A DNA stretch of 64,000 bases from an uncultured Candidatus Micrarchaeota archaeon (GCA_963800555.1 CAWDBH010000008.1:48258-112257), one strand, 5' to 3'; positions 28,071 through 37,585 are shown, counted from the stretch's first letter. Notes: generated by a model not told the origin, from the sequence alone. Program-made: numbers and translations.

Positions 28071-30812
28071 ATGGATATTGACAAGAACGTTCTCCGAAAG
28101 GAATTCGCCGCTGAATGGGAGAAGCACTACAAGATAAAGGCGCTCATCGACCGCGGCTACATCAGGCAGAAGTGCGGCAAATGCGGAAGGATGTTCTGGA
28201 GCAAGCAGAAGCGCGACCTGTGCGGCGACCCCTCGTGCATCGGCTACCAGTTCATCGGAAATACGCCCGTGAAGAAGAAACTCGATTACATCGGCACCTG
28301 GAAGACGATAGAGAAGTATTTCACGAGCACGGGCCACGGCTATGTCAAGCCTTACCCGACCGTTGCAAGGTGGCGCGATGATTTGTATTTCACGATAGCT
28401 TCGATAAACGATTTCCAGCCCTATGTCGTGAACGGAGAGCTCGACCCTCCGGCAAACCCCCTCATAGTCCCGCAGCCATGCATCCGATTCCCGGATATCA
28501 GCAACGTCGGAGTGAGCGGCAGGCATTACACGAATTTCGTCATGGTCGGCCAGCATGCTTTCAACACGAAAAAAACGGGATTGTTCTACTGGAAGGACGA
28601 AGCGCTCACCCATGATATAAATTACATGAATGCCTTAGGCATCCCTGAGGAGGAGATCATCTTCCAGGAGGATGTATGGGCAGGCGGAGGGAATTTCGGC
28701 CCGTGCATAGAGTATTTCTGCCGCGGGCTGGAGCTCGGGAACTGCGTCTTCATGCAGTACGAGACGACCCCTACCGGGAGCCGGGAACTCTCCACTAAAG
28801 TGATAGATATGGGCGCGGGCCTGAGCAGGCTCGCATGGATAACCTCCGGAGAGCCGACGAGCTACGAGGTCGTCTTCGGCCCGGTGATAGACGAGATGAA
28901 GAGAAAGGCCAACGTGAAGATAGACAAGGACCTTTTCGTCAGATTCGCCAAGATATCCGGTAGCCTGAACGAGGACGAGGTGCCGGACCTGGAGAAAGAG
29001 AAGGAGCGCATAGCAGGGGTCTTGGGGATAAGCAAGAAGGAGCTCTTCGATACTCTCGAACCATTGCAGGCGCTCTACGCTTCAGCGGACCATATGTGCA
29101 CATTGCTCTTCACTGTGACAGACGGCATGCTGCCGAGCAATTCAGGCGGAGGATACAACCTGAGGATGCTTCTCCGGCGCGTGTTCGGTTTCCAGCAGCG
29201 CTTCGGCTACGATCTGGATTATGCGAAGATAATCCAAGGCCACGCGGACCATCTCGAATACATCTTCCCGCATCTCAAATATGGCGTGAATACGACACTT
29301 GATGTCATCGCCGAGGAGGAGAAACGCTACAAGGCGACTAAAGAGAAGGCCCAGAGCGTGGTATTGAACCTGGTGAAGAAAGCAAATAGCGGACCGCAGC
29401 ATAGGACTCCGGGTTCCACGAATAAAGAACGGGTTGTTTCTGGAGGGAAGATAACCGCATCCGATCTGGTAACCCTTTATCGTAGCAACGGCATCCCGCT
29501 GGACGCCGTGATAAACGTCGCCAAGGAGAACGGCGTGGAAGTGGAGGTGCCGGGCAACTTCTACCAGCTGGTGCGCGCTGCTGATGGCGAGGAGAATGTA
29601 GTCGATAATGCTCCTCAGGTGAAAGCGCTATCATCGGACCTCGCCACGATCGAGAGGACGAAACCGCTCTACTATTCGCGAGAGAAAAAATTCAGCGCCA
29701 CGGTGCTGGCTGTCGTGGCCGGGAAGTACATCGTCCTGGACCAGACCGCTTTCTATCCGGAAGGCGGTGGCCAGGTCTCCGACACAGGGACCTTAGGCGG
29801 CGCGCCAGTCACGCTCGTGACGAAGCAGGCGGGCATCGCTCTCCATTGGATGAAAGACACCTCCGGTTTCAAGATAGGGCAGAAGGTCGAGGGCGAGGTC
29901 GATCTCGCGAGGCGGACGGCGATCGCGCGCCATCACACCGCGGCGCACATGCTGAACGCAGCCTGCCGCGAGATTTTAGGCCCGCATATCTGGCAAGGCG
30001 GCTCGCACAAGGACGAGGAGAAGGCGCATCTCGATGTCACTCATTACCGGAAGATAACTTCCGAAGAGCTCGCCGACATAGAGCAGAAGGTGAACGAGTA
30101 TATCATGCGCGACATGCCTATAGTGACCGAAGTCCTTGCTAGGAACGTAGCCGAGGTCAAATACGGCTTCAGGCTCTATCAGGGCGGCGCGGTCCCTGGG
30201 AAGGAGCTGCGCGTGGTGAGCGTCGGTGACATCGACAGCGAAGCCTGCGGGGGCACGCATCACATGCTCTCGAAGACCGGGGAGATCGGCTGCTTCAAGG
30301 TCGTCAAGCGCGAGAGCGTCCAGGACGGCATCGAGCGCATAACCTACAAATGCGGCTCCGTGGCAATCACATACATGCAGGAGCGCGAGCGGATGCTCAA
30401 GGAGGCCGCGGATGTCGTCTCCGTCCCTGAAGGGGAGCTCAAGCGGACGGTAGAAAAATTCTTCGATGAGTGGAAATCGCAGCGCAAAAAGATCGAGGAG
30501 CTGACAGAGCTGCTCGTCCATGAGGAAGCCAAAGAACTATTATCCGAATCTGAAGGGAAACCCGTGATGAAGGTTCTCGACTTGGATGACGCATCCCTGC
30601 GCAAGCTCGCTACTAAGGTAGCTGAAAGCGAGCGTTCGGCAGCCTGTTTACTGAATAAAACCGGCACGATAGTCTGCGGAGCCGGTAAATCTTCCGGTCA
30701 GAGCGCGAAAGCAATGCTGGACAAGGCTCTTGCCGCGCTAGGCGGCTCGGGTGGTGGGAACGAGAGAATCGCACAGGGCAAGGCGAAGAAGGTAGGCGTG
30801 GTCGGGCTCTGA
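28071..30812 (+). CDS. alaS: Alanyl-tRNA synthetase (archaeal type)
   Basis: RWRDDLYFTIASI, WAGGGNFGP, HTAAH, CGGTH and GGSGGG motifs. Confidence 0.97.
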   Translation: MDIDKNVLRKEFAAEWEKHYKIKALIDRGYIRQKCGKCGRMFWSKQKRDLCGDPSCIGYQFIGNTPVKKKLDYIGTWKTIEKYFTSTGHGYVKPYPTVARWRDDLYFTIASINDFQPYVVNGELDPPANPLIVPQPCIRFPDISNVGVSGRHYTNFVMVGQHAFNTKKTGLFYWKDEALTHDINYMNALGIPEEEIIFQEDVWAGGGNFGPCIEYFCRGLELGNCVFMQYETTPTGSRELSTKVIDMGAGLSRLAWITSGEPTSYEVVFGPVIDEMKRKANVKIDKDLFVRFAKISGSLNEDEVPDLEKEKERIAGVLGISKKELFDTLEPLQALYASADHMCTLLFTVTDGMLPSNSGGGYNLRMLLRRVFGFQQRFGYDLDYAKIIQGHADHLEYIFPHLKYGVNTTLDVIAEEEKRYKATKEKAQSVVLNLVKKANSGPQHRTPGSTNKERVVSGGKITASDLVTLYRSNGIPLDAVINVAKENGVEVEVPGNFYQLVRAADGEENVVDNAPQVKALSSDLATIERTKPLYYSREKKFSATVLAVVAGKYIVLDQTAFYPEGGGQVSDTGTLGGAPVTLVTKQAGIALHWMKDTSGFKIGQKVEGEVDLARRTAIARHHTAAHMLNAACREILGPHIWQGGSHKDEEKAHLDVTHYRKITSEELADIEQKVNEYIMRDMPIVTEVLARNVAEVKYGFRLYQGGAVPGKELRVVSVGDIDSEACGGTHHMLSKTGEIGCFKVVKRESVQDGIERITYKCGSVAITYMQERERMLKEAADVVSVPEGELKRTVEKFFDEWKSQRKKIEELTELLVHEEAKELLSESEGKPVMKVLDLDDASLRKLATKVAESERSAACLLNKTGTIVCGAGKSSGQSAKAMLDKALAALGGSGGGNERIAQGKAKKVGVVGL

Positions 30813-30866
30813 GCGAAATAAATCTTTTTATAAATTCTCCCCACAATATTATATTTAAAGAAACAG

Positions 30867-32147
30867 GTGGGTCGGCTGGAAAAACGCAAACTGTCTTGGG
30901 AGAGCTATCGTGGTGCCAGGTCGATCCCTGGCCTTACCACCAGTTCGGTCGCGAAGATGATTCTCGGAGACCATTCGTTTGCGGTTCCTGATTTCCGGAA
31001 AGCGAAGCCAGAGCCGGACAGGATAAAAAAAGCCCCTTATCATATCCTGCTTAATATAGTGCAATCGGATGGCTCGCCAGGCCATTCATCAGTCGAGTGG
31101 TGCAAGGACTCTTGCTTCAGCATCACAATAGGCAATCGTGAGGGTTCAGATTATCGTGTAGAGGGCGAAAATGTCGCGAAGGATCAAGCCCGAATCGATA
31201 TGACCGAGTCGGGTTGCCATATAACACACCTCGGTTCATCCCATGGCACTTTCGTCAATGGGGAGAAAGTCCACAAGCGCATTCTCAGGGAAGGCAACAG
31301 GATAACGGTAGGATCCGTGACGTTCGAGGTAACTATAGTAAAATATAGAATCAATGCGCCGACTCCGGATCCGTCCGCGCATAAATATTCTATCGCTCTA
31401 GGCAGTCTTGATCGCCGCGGTTCGATCCTCGATACGATATTGCAGGTATTCCAATTCGATGAACCGGTCATCAAAGTAGGCAGACTCCCGAGTTCACATC
31501 TTCGTGCAGTTCACGATTCGGTTTCGAGGATGCATGCCGTCTTGGAAAAGACCGAGGGGGGCTGGATGGTAATAGACCTAGGTTCCACTCAAGGCACCCG
31601 TGTCAATGGAGAGAGGATCAACAAATGCCTACTCAAGAAAGGCAACACGGTAAAATTCGGAGACGTGCCGTATGAGATATTGGAGCTAAATGAAGCCGTT
31701 CCATCTGCGTCTGCTCCGCATGTTGCTGCGCCACCAACTATGGCCGAGGGATCCTTGCAGCCTTTGCCATCTATTCCTGTAGCCCCTCCAGTTGAAGAGG
31801 AATGCCACCTGTCGGTACGCGCTCCAATAAACACGAGCAGATTCTCGATTGGGCTTTCCGAAATCAAATCGGACGGCTCGAGATTCGAGGATATCACGGT
31901 ATATGGTTCTGAACGAGTCATCAAAGTGGGCAAGCTCATGAGTTCGCATGCTTACATCGATCACGAATCGGTTTCGAGGATGCACGCGGTCATAGAAATG
32001 AATGGTTCTGAATGCGTATTAATCGACCTCGGTTCCACCCGCGGCACTTATATCAACGGAGAGCAAATCGCCAAATGCGTGCTCAAGCAAGGCGACAAGA
32101 TAAAGTTCGGGGATGTGTCGTTCGAGGTAACGCAGATAAATTATTGA
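30867..32147 (+). CDS. Protein with three FHA domains
   Basis: Three repeats of G[R/K/N]...VSRMHA...DLGSTxGTxxNG; start uncertain. Confidence 0.88.
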   Translation: MGRLEKRKLSWESYRGARSIPGLTTSSVAKMILGDHSFAVPDFRKAKPEPDRIKKAPYHILLNIVQSDGSPGHSSVEWCKDSCFSITIGNREGSDYRVEGENVAKDQARIDMTESGCHITHLGSSHGTFVNGEKVHKRILREGNRITVGSVTFEVTIVKYRINAPTPDPSAHKYSIALGSLDRRGSILDTILQVFQFDEPVIKVGRLPSSHLRAVHDSVSRMHAVLEKTEGGWMVIDLGSTQGTRVNGERINKCLLKKGNTVKFGDVPYEILELNEAVPSASAPHVAAPPTMAEGSLQPLPSIPVAPPVEEECHLSVRAPINTSRFSIGLSEIKSDGSRFEDITVYGSERVIKVGKLMSSHAYIDHESVSRMHAVIEMNGSECVLIDLGSTRGTYINGEQIAKCVLKQGDKIKFGDVSFEVTQINY

Positions 32148-32153
32148 ACCGAT

Positions 32154-32867
32154 TCAAGCTTTGAACAGCAGCTTCGGCTTCTCCAGGAACGTGAACTTCT
32201 CCGGCGCCTCTTCGACTTCTGCCAGGATGTCCTTGCACGAGAACCCGTATCTCGCGTTCAGCTCCTTCGCGGTAATCCTGTCGCTCACCCGCACTATATA
32301 GCTCCCGTTCTGCTCGATATCGCCGTCTTTGAGCAGATAGTATGCGGCGCCGTGGTTCTCATCATATTCATCATACATCGATTCGAACCGGTCATAGACG
32401 AGATTCGAGAGGATCAGCGGCTCGTTCCCGTCATTGACCGTAACGTGGCCGTAGCCAGGCGGTAGCAGGAGCACTTCACCTTCCTTCGCTTTCACTATAA
32501 GCGCGTCCACGGTGCCGTTCTTGTTCTTCTTCTGGAGTATGAAGACCGCGCTTCCCCGCACGACCTGGTATATCTCGGGGTAAGCCATCCCGTCCTCGCT
32601 CCCTGGGTGGTAATGCCCGTGCGTTTTGGGCAGTTCATCCCCGAAAGGCGTGGGCGGTATTATCGTGATATCGAAGCGCATCGCTCCGCTCTGGTGGACC
32701 TTCCGATACATGTAATAGGCGTCCATGTTGCCGAGCCCTTCGGAATAGTTCCGCAGGGTCTTCCTCATCTCTCGCAATGTACGCGTGGTGCGCGGATGCT
32801 GGGCGCCATTCACAAATAGGTTGATGCCCACCAATTCTATCTTCGCGGGAGTCTCATATAATACCAT
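32154..32867 (-). CDS. pgi: Cupin-type glucose-6-phosphate isomerase
   Basis: RFDITII, KTHGHYH, YPEIYQV and PPGYGHVTVN motifs. Confidence 0.9.
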   Translation of the reverse strand: MVLYETPAKIELVGINLFVNGAQHPRTTRTLREMRKTLRNYSEGLGNMDAYYMYRKVHQSGAMRFDITIIPPTPFGDELPKTHGHYHPGSEDGMAYPEIYQVVRGSAVFILQKKNKNGTVDALIVKAKEGEVLLLPPGYGHVTVNDGNEPLILSNLVYDRFESMYDEYDENHGAAYYLLKDGDIEQNGSYIVRVSDRITAKELNARYGFSCKDILAEVEEAPEKFTFLEKPKLLFKA

Positions 32868-33264
32868 GGCCATTCTCCACAACCCCCTTCATCCTTCCGA
32901 ACTCGCCGCGCATGGCGAGCGGTTTCTTGACTCTTATCTTCTGTTTCTCGAATTTATAAATGAGAAGCTTGAGGAATATCAAAAATTGCGTGTTCTTCTG
33001 CTTCCTGGCGTCGAATTCCTTCTCAATCTTGCGCATCGTCTTGAGCGACGCCATCAGATAGGAGAGGTCGATGAAGCCGTTGCCGTTCCACTGGCGTATC
33101 TCCTCGTACATCAGCATGCGTATCAAGCCGAGCTGAGCACGCAGCTTCTTGGAGGCGGCGTCATTCCCTTCTATTCCACTGCTTATGGTCTTGAGGGTGT
33201 ATGCCAGCGTCTCCCATTCTGCTTCAGCAAGGCTATCGCTTATGCTAATGGGAGGAGAACCCAT
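32854..33264 (-). CDS. Hypothetical protein
   Basis: ORF overlapping the pgi start; helical character. Confidence 0.55.
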   Translation of the reverse strand: MGSPPISISDSLAEAEWETLAYTLKTISSGIEGNDAASKKLRAQLGLIRMLMYEEIRQWNGNGFIDLSYLMASLKTMRKIEKEFDARKQKNTQFLIFLKLLIYKFEKQKIRVKKPLAMRGEFGRMKGVVENGHGII

Positions 33265-33430
33265 GGGGTTAGAATTGGTGCAATAATCTTATTAATCCGA
33301 GTGAGATTCATGCGATCAGTGATTTGAATACCGCTCTTTTGGCGGGTCCCATCCATACTCTTGACCGGGGTGGCTTTCTGTGTCAGGTGCAAGCACAACT
33401 TTTTAAATAATCTGACACAATTGTCAATAC

Positions 33431-34207
33431 ATGCAAGATTATATTCGGCGACACGACGGGTCAGTCGCGCGCGACAAACGATCCGAAGCCAGAAAGATCG
33501 CCAGGATGTGGCCTGATTTCGTCAACATAGAGAAGAGGATGGGGAAGGAGGCCCAGTTCCTGGCGAGCCAGCTCTCTGGGAGAAACCGTATGGTTTTCGA
33601 TTCCTGCCTCGGCTGCGGGGCGACCACCATAGGGCTGAGGCTGAATAAAGTCGCGAACGTGCTTTCGAACGAGATAGACCCCAACATGCTTGACGTCGCG
33701 GTTGCGGAAGCCCGGGCAAGAGGCGTGCGGATAAAAGCGCTTTCATACGACTGGAGGGACATCCCGCCGCATCTGCATGGCATGTTCAGCATGGTCACGT
33801 GCCTGGGGAACTCTCTCACCTTGGTTTTCGAGAGGGAAGGGCGCCTCAGGACGCTCCGGAACTTCGCATCTCTGCTTGACCCTAAAGGAGCGCTAGTCAT
33901 CGATGAGCGGAATTATCCCAGCATACTCGAAGGGAGGTTCAATCCCAGCGGCGACTACGTCTATTGCGGGCTCGACAAGGTGGTCTGCAGGCTCGTGAGG
34001 GCATCTCCCGAATCGGTCGTCATGGAGTACAAGCACCTGGGGATAGGGGATGTCGTGCAGCTCGAGATGTATCCGTTCAAAAGTGGCGAACTCATCGGCC
34101 TACTGAGGGAAGCGGGATTCAGTCGGATCCAAGTTTTCGGGGATTACAAGGAAGAGCCGTTTCACACCGGAGACGTCGAGTTCTTCACGTACGTGGCGCG
34201 TAAATGA
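33431..34207 (+). CDS. Class I SAM methyltransferase, glycine/sarcosine N-methyltransferase-like
   Basis: FDSCLGCG, CLGNSL, IDERNY...YVYCG and QVFGDY motifs. Confidence 0.75.
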   Translation: MQDYIRRHDGSVARDKRSEARKIARMWPDFVNIEKRMGKEAQFLASQLSGRNRMVFDSCLGCGATTIGLRLNKVANVLSNEIDPNMLDVAVAEARARGVRIKALSYDWRDIPPHLHGMFSMVTCLGNSLTLVFEREGRLRTLRNFASLLDPKGALVIDERNYPSILEGRFNPSGDYVYCGLDKVVCRLVRASPESVVMEYKHLGIGDVVQLEMYPFKSGELIGLLREAGFSRIQVFGDYKEEPFHTGDVEFFTYVARK

Positions 34208-34234
34208 GAATAAATTCCATTGAGGAAAATAAAA

Positions 34235-34307
34235 TAGCCCCGATCGGATTCGAACCGATGTCAAAAGGTCCAGAGCCTTCTATCCTTGACCACTAGACGA
34301 CGGGGCT
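34235..34307 (-). tRNA. tRNA-Gln(CTG)
   Basis: AGCCCCG...CGGGGCTA acceptor; GAAGG-CTCTGGA-CCTTT anticodon arm; TTCGAAT T loop. Confidence 0.93.
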
Positions 34308-34389
34308 AAGTAGCAACAACACTTTATCTCCCAAAGTGATTTAAAGTTACGGGACTGCCGGACAAACGAAGCCGATCATTCCATTGAAC

Positions 34390-34662
34390 TCATTGCATCT
34401 TCATTGCCGCTACCCCTATCAGGCCTATGATGAGGGCGCTGCCGCAGCAGCCTGAGCTGGATGAACCACCGGAGCAGCTGTCCGTGCATGACAGGTAATC
34501 GCTGTACGCCGAAGTGCCTGGGTCGAGATCGCAGGTGTTATCCCCGCTGACCCATCCCCCGCCGTTGTTTATGCAGCAGTTTTGTTGGCATCCCGTCCCT
34601 GCGGCATGGACGAGCCCCGCCCCAACGATCATCAGCAGCACGATTATCCCAGGAAGCTTCAT
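34390..34662 (-). CDS. Small secreted Cys-rich protein with a C-terminal CCG-hydrophobic anchor
   Basis: Signal peptide, six Cys in the mature domain, Ser/Gly linker, GCCGSALIIGLIGVAAMKMQ tail. Confidence 0.65.
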   Translation of the reverse strand: MKLPGIIVLLMIVGAGLVHAAGTGCQQNCCINNGGGWVSGDNTCDLDPGTSAYSDYLSCTDSCSGGSSSSGCCGSALIIGLIGVAAMKMQ

Positions 34663-34766
34663 GCAACCAATCTAAGACTAAAGGAATAAATCCCTTTCCC
34701 AATCCTGTCTGGCCGGCGCTTCGCATGATGCGCTAAACGCCCAAATGCCCGATTCTGTTACAAACA

Positions 34767-34774
34767 TATAAATA
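34767..34774 (+). promoter_or_regulatory. Probable TATA box of the his leader
   Basis: TATAAATA about 30 nt upstream of the first leader RBS. Confidence 0.55.
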
Positions 34775-34815
34775 GTGCGAAACTTGCAGTCTGCATACCA
34801 AAGAAGGTGTCAACG

Positions 34816-34900
34816 GTGGTGAACGGCAGGGATTTGCTTCATAGGTCTTCGTGATCCCCAGCCCAGCGAAACTTATTCTATAATCCATCATAAGCATTGA
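34816..34900 (+). promoter_or_regulatory. his leader mini-ORF 1 (MVNGRDLLHRSS*, 34816-34854); +1 frame continues IGLRDPQPSETYSIIHHKH* to 34900
   Basis: AAGGTG-N6-GTG start; direct translation of both frames. Confidence 0.6.
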
Positions 34901-34976
34901 GATTCAGCCTCAGCGAGAATCTCCATTGATCTTTTCACATCAGCAAAAGCCATAGAAAAAACAGGAGGTGTAGCAT

Positions 34977-35847
34977 ATGAAACAAGGAAGGGATTTACTT
35001 CATAAGGAAAGATAAGTTGGTCATAGCGGTACCGAACAAAGGAAGGGTGAAGGAGCCGTCATTCAGGCTCCTAGAAGAGATCGGCATAAGGGCCAATATG
35101 GCGGACGAGCGCAGGCTCATCCTCCCGACGTCGAGGCAAGGCGTGAGCGTGCTGCTTGTGCGCTCGATGGACATTCCGCTGATGGTGGAACGCGGGGCAG
35201 CAGATATCGGGATAGCCGGACAGGATGCGATAGCCGAGCGGGGCGCGGAAGTGGAAGAGCTCGTAGTTCTCGATTTCGGATCCTGCAAAGTAGCTTTGGC
35301 AGCTTCGAGGGATGTCAAGACTCCCAGATGCATCGCCACAGCGCTGCCGCGCATCACCGAAAGATACTGCAAAGGGAGACGCCTCAAGGCCGATATTTTG
35401 GAGCTTCAGGGCGCGCTCGAATCTGCGCCGATGCTCGGCATAGCGGATTCTATAGTGGACCAGGTCGCCACAGGGACGACGCTGAGGGAGAACAAGCTCC
35501 GAATCCTGGACGTGATAATGGAAACAAGAATATTCCTGATCGGGAATCCGGTTTCCGTGAGGGAGAAAGCGTCTGAAATAAGCCAGATATCTCTATGCGT
35601 GGGCGGCGTCCTAGAGGCGAAGAAACGGATGTACATGCGGCTGAATGCAGCGACCGATGCGATACGCGATAAGGTGTCCGGCATCCTGCCTGCGATGAAA
35701 AGTCCTGATATCAGCGACCTTGTGGGGGGCGGCTATGTGCTTGCGGCTGCAGTGCCTAAGAAAGGGATCGAGGACCTGGTCGTCCGGCTCAAAGCGGCGG
35801 GCGCTTCCGACATAATCGTGGAATCGCTCAGGATGATAATTCCGTGA
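34977..35847 (+). CDS. hisG: ATP phosphoribosyltransferase (long form); the ATG at 34977 is out of frame and needs a +1 shift near 35001
   Basis: IAVPNKGR, VRSMDIP, ADIGIAGQD, DQVATGTTLRENKL and C-terminal regulatory domain. GGAGGTG-N6-ATG opens a frame that stops at 35013-35015. Confidence 0.9.
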
Positions 35848-35848
35848 G

Positions 35849-36262
35849 GTGATGATGATGAGAAAACTACGGCAGCAGAGAGAAATGAAACTTCCTGACC
35901 CGGCGAAGGTCTTCGGGAGGAGGGACATCGATTCTATCCTGAGGCAGTCCGGCCCGAGCGCTCTAGCGATGCAATTCGAGACTGCCGCGATACGGGAGCG
36001 CCAGCGGAATCCGGACCCTTCCTCATACACGTCCAAGCTCCTTGGAGATCCGAGGAAAATAAGGAAAAAAATCATAGAGGAGGCCGTGGAGCTGATAACC
36101 GCGCGCGGGAAGAATATGATCTGGGAGGCGGCGGATCTGCTCTATTTCGTCCAGCTCTACCTAGTGGACCGGGGAGTGGAAATCGAGGATGTGCTCGGCG
36201 AGATCATGCGGCGCAGGGTGAGCGAAAAGAAGAACGAGCGCTACAGTCCCATCCCGAAGTGA
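35849..36262 (+). CDS. hisE: Phosphoribosyl-ATP pyrophosphohydrolase
   Basis: SSYTSKLL, KKIIEEAVE and WEAADLLYF motifs. Confidence 0.9.
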   Translation: MMMMRKLRQQREMKLPDPAKVFGRRDIDSILRQSGPSALAMQFETAAIRERQRNPDPSSYTSKLLGDPRKIRKKIIEEAVELITARGKNMIWEAADLLYFVQLYLVDRGVEIEDVLGEIMRRRVSEKKNERYSPIPK

Positions 36263-36303
36263 TTACCCTCTAAAACCTTGCTCCAGAATAGGGATGGATA
36301 CTC

Positions 36304-37548
36304 ATGTCGACCAAACTCACTCCGAAAGGCATGCGGGACATCGGGCCCGAGGAGATGTTCGTCCGCGAAGAGGTAATAAGCAAAATCAGGACGACCTTCC
36401 AGTCCTACGGCTACCGGCCAATAGAGACGCCTGCGATGGAATATCTGGAGACGATGCGGGCCAAAGCGGGGCAGGAAGTCGACAAGCAGATCTTCGTCAT
36501 CGACGGCGATGAATACGGCCTGCGTTTCGACCTAACGGTGCCGCTCGCGCGCTTCGCGGCGTCCGCGGATGTGCCAAAGCCGTTCAAGCGCTATGCTATA
36601 GATGTCGTCTGGAGGAAGGAGGAGCCGCAGCGCGGCCGCTTCAGGGAATTCTACCAGGCGGATGCCGACATAATCGGGAGCGGTTCCATGAGATGCGAAG
36701 CAGAGCTGCTTTCGCTCGCACGCGATGTCTGCATCGCGTTCGGATTCGACAAACCGAAAATCATGCTGAACAACAGGAAGATACTGGACGGCATAGCGGC
36801 GAGCGTCGGCGTCGAAGGCGAAGAGCGCGCCGAAATGTTCCGGGTGCTAGATAAACTCGACAAGATCGGAGAAGAGGAAGTCGAGAAGCTGCTTCGCGAG
36901 ATATTGGGGAAGAAGGCGGACCAGCTAATCAAGGTGATATGGGCCAAAGGCGATAACGAGAAGAAACTCGCCATGGCGGCCAAATACAGCGAGGAGGGCG
37001 TCAAGGAGATGAAGGAGATACTCGCATTGTGCGATTTCCCGATCGAGTTCGACCTTTTCCTCGTCCGCGGCCTCGGCTATTACACCGGGCCGGTCTACGA
37101 GATAAAGCTGAGCGATGATATCGGTACCGTGATGGCCGGAGGCCGCTACGACAACCTTCTCGGAGTGTATGGTCAGCCATCCCCGGCGGTGGGTATCTCG
37201 GTCGGTATAGAGCGCTTGATAACCTTGATAGGAGAGCAGAAGAAGGGCGGAACTAAAAAGACCGACACGGTCGTTTTCGTTGCTGCAGTCAAATCAGAAT
37301 TCTATTCATATGCCGTAGAAGTGGCTGCAAAATTTCGTGCAATGGGCATAGAATGCGAAACAGACCTTAACGAACGCAACTTGAGGAAGCAGTTTGATTA
37401 TGCGAACTCCCTGTCAATCCCGTTCGTCGCAGTTGTCGGCGAGCGCGAGAAGAGCGAGAAGAAAGTCACGCTGCGCGACATGAAGGGTGGGAAAGAGGAG
37501 AGCCTGAAGATAGAGGACGCGATTGAAAGACTTCGTTCAATAAAATGA
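36304..37548 (+). CDS. hisS: Histidyl-tRNA synthetase
   Basis: PKGMRD, LRFDLTVPLAR, GRFREFYQAD, LVRGLGYYTG and GGRYD motifs. Confidence 0.97.
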   Translation: MSTKLTPKGMRDIGPEEMFVREEVISKIRTTFQSYGYRPIETPAMEYLETMRAKAGQEVDKQIFVIDGDEYGLRFDLTVPLARFAASADVPKPFKRYAIDVVWRKEEPQRGRFREFYQADADIIGSGSMRCEAELLSLARDVCIAFGFDKPKIMLNNRKILDGIAASVGVEGEERAEMFRVLDKLDKIGEEEVEKLLREILGKKADQLIKVIWAKGDNEKKLAMAAKYSEEGVKEMKEILALCDFPIEFDLFLVRGLGYYTGPVYEIKLSDDIGTVMAGGRYDNLLGVYGQPSPAVGISVGIERLITLIGEQKKGGTKKTDTVVFVAAVKSEFYSYAVEVAAKFRAMGIECETDLNERNLRKQFDYANSLSIPFVAVVGEREKSEKKVTLRDMKGGKEESLKIEDAIERLRSIK

Positions 37549-37585
37549 ACGATGATTCAATATTTTGAACGATGGAGATTGAAAA

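Noticed and set aside
35017..35019. TTG as the straightforward hisG start, as in the ORF track
   Set aside because: Not excluded, but disfavoured. It has only a weak AAGGA upstream and falls within the first conserved strand, while the strong RBS points to the ATG at 34977.
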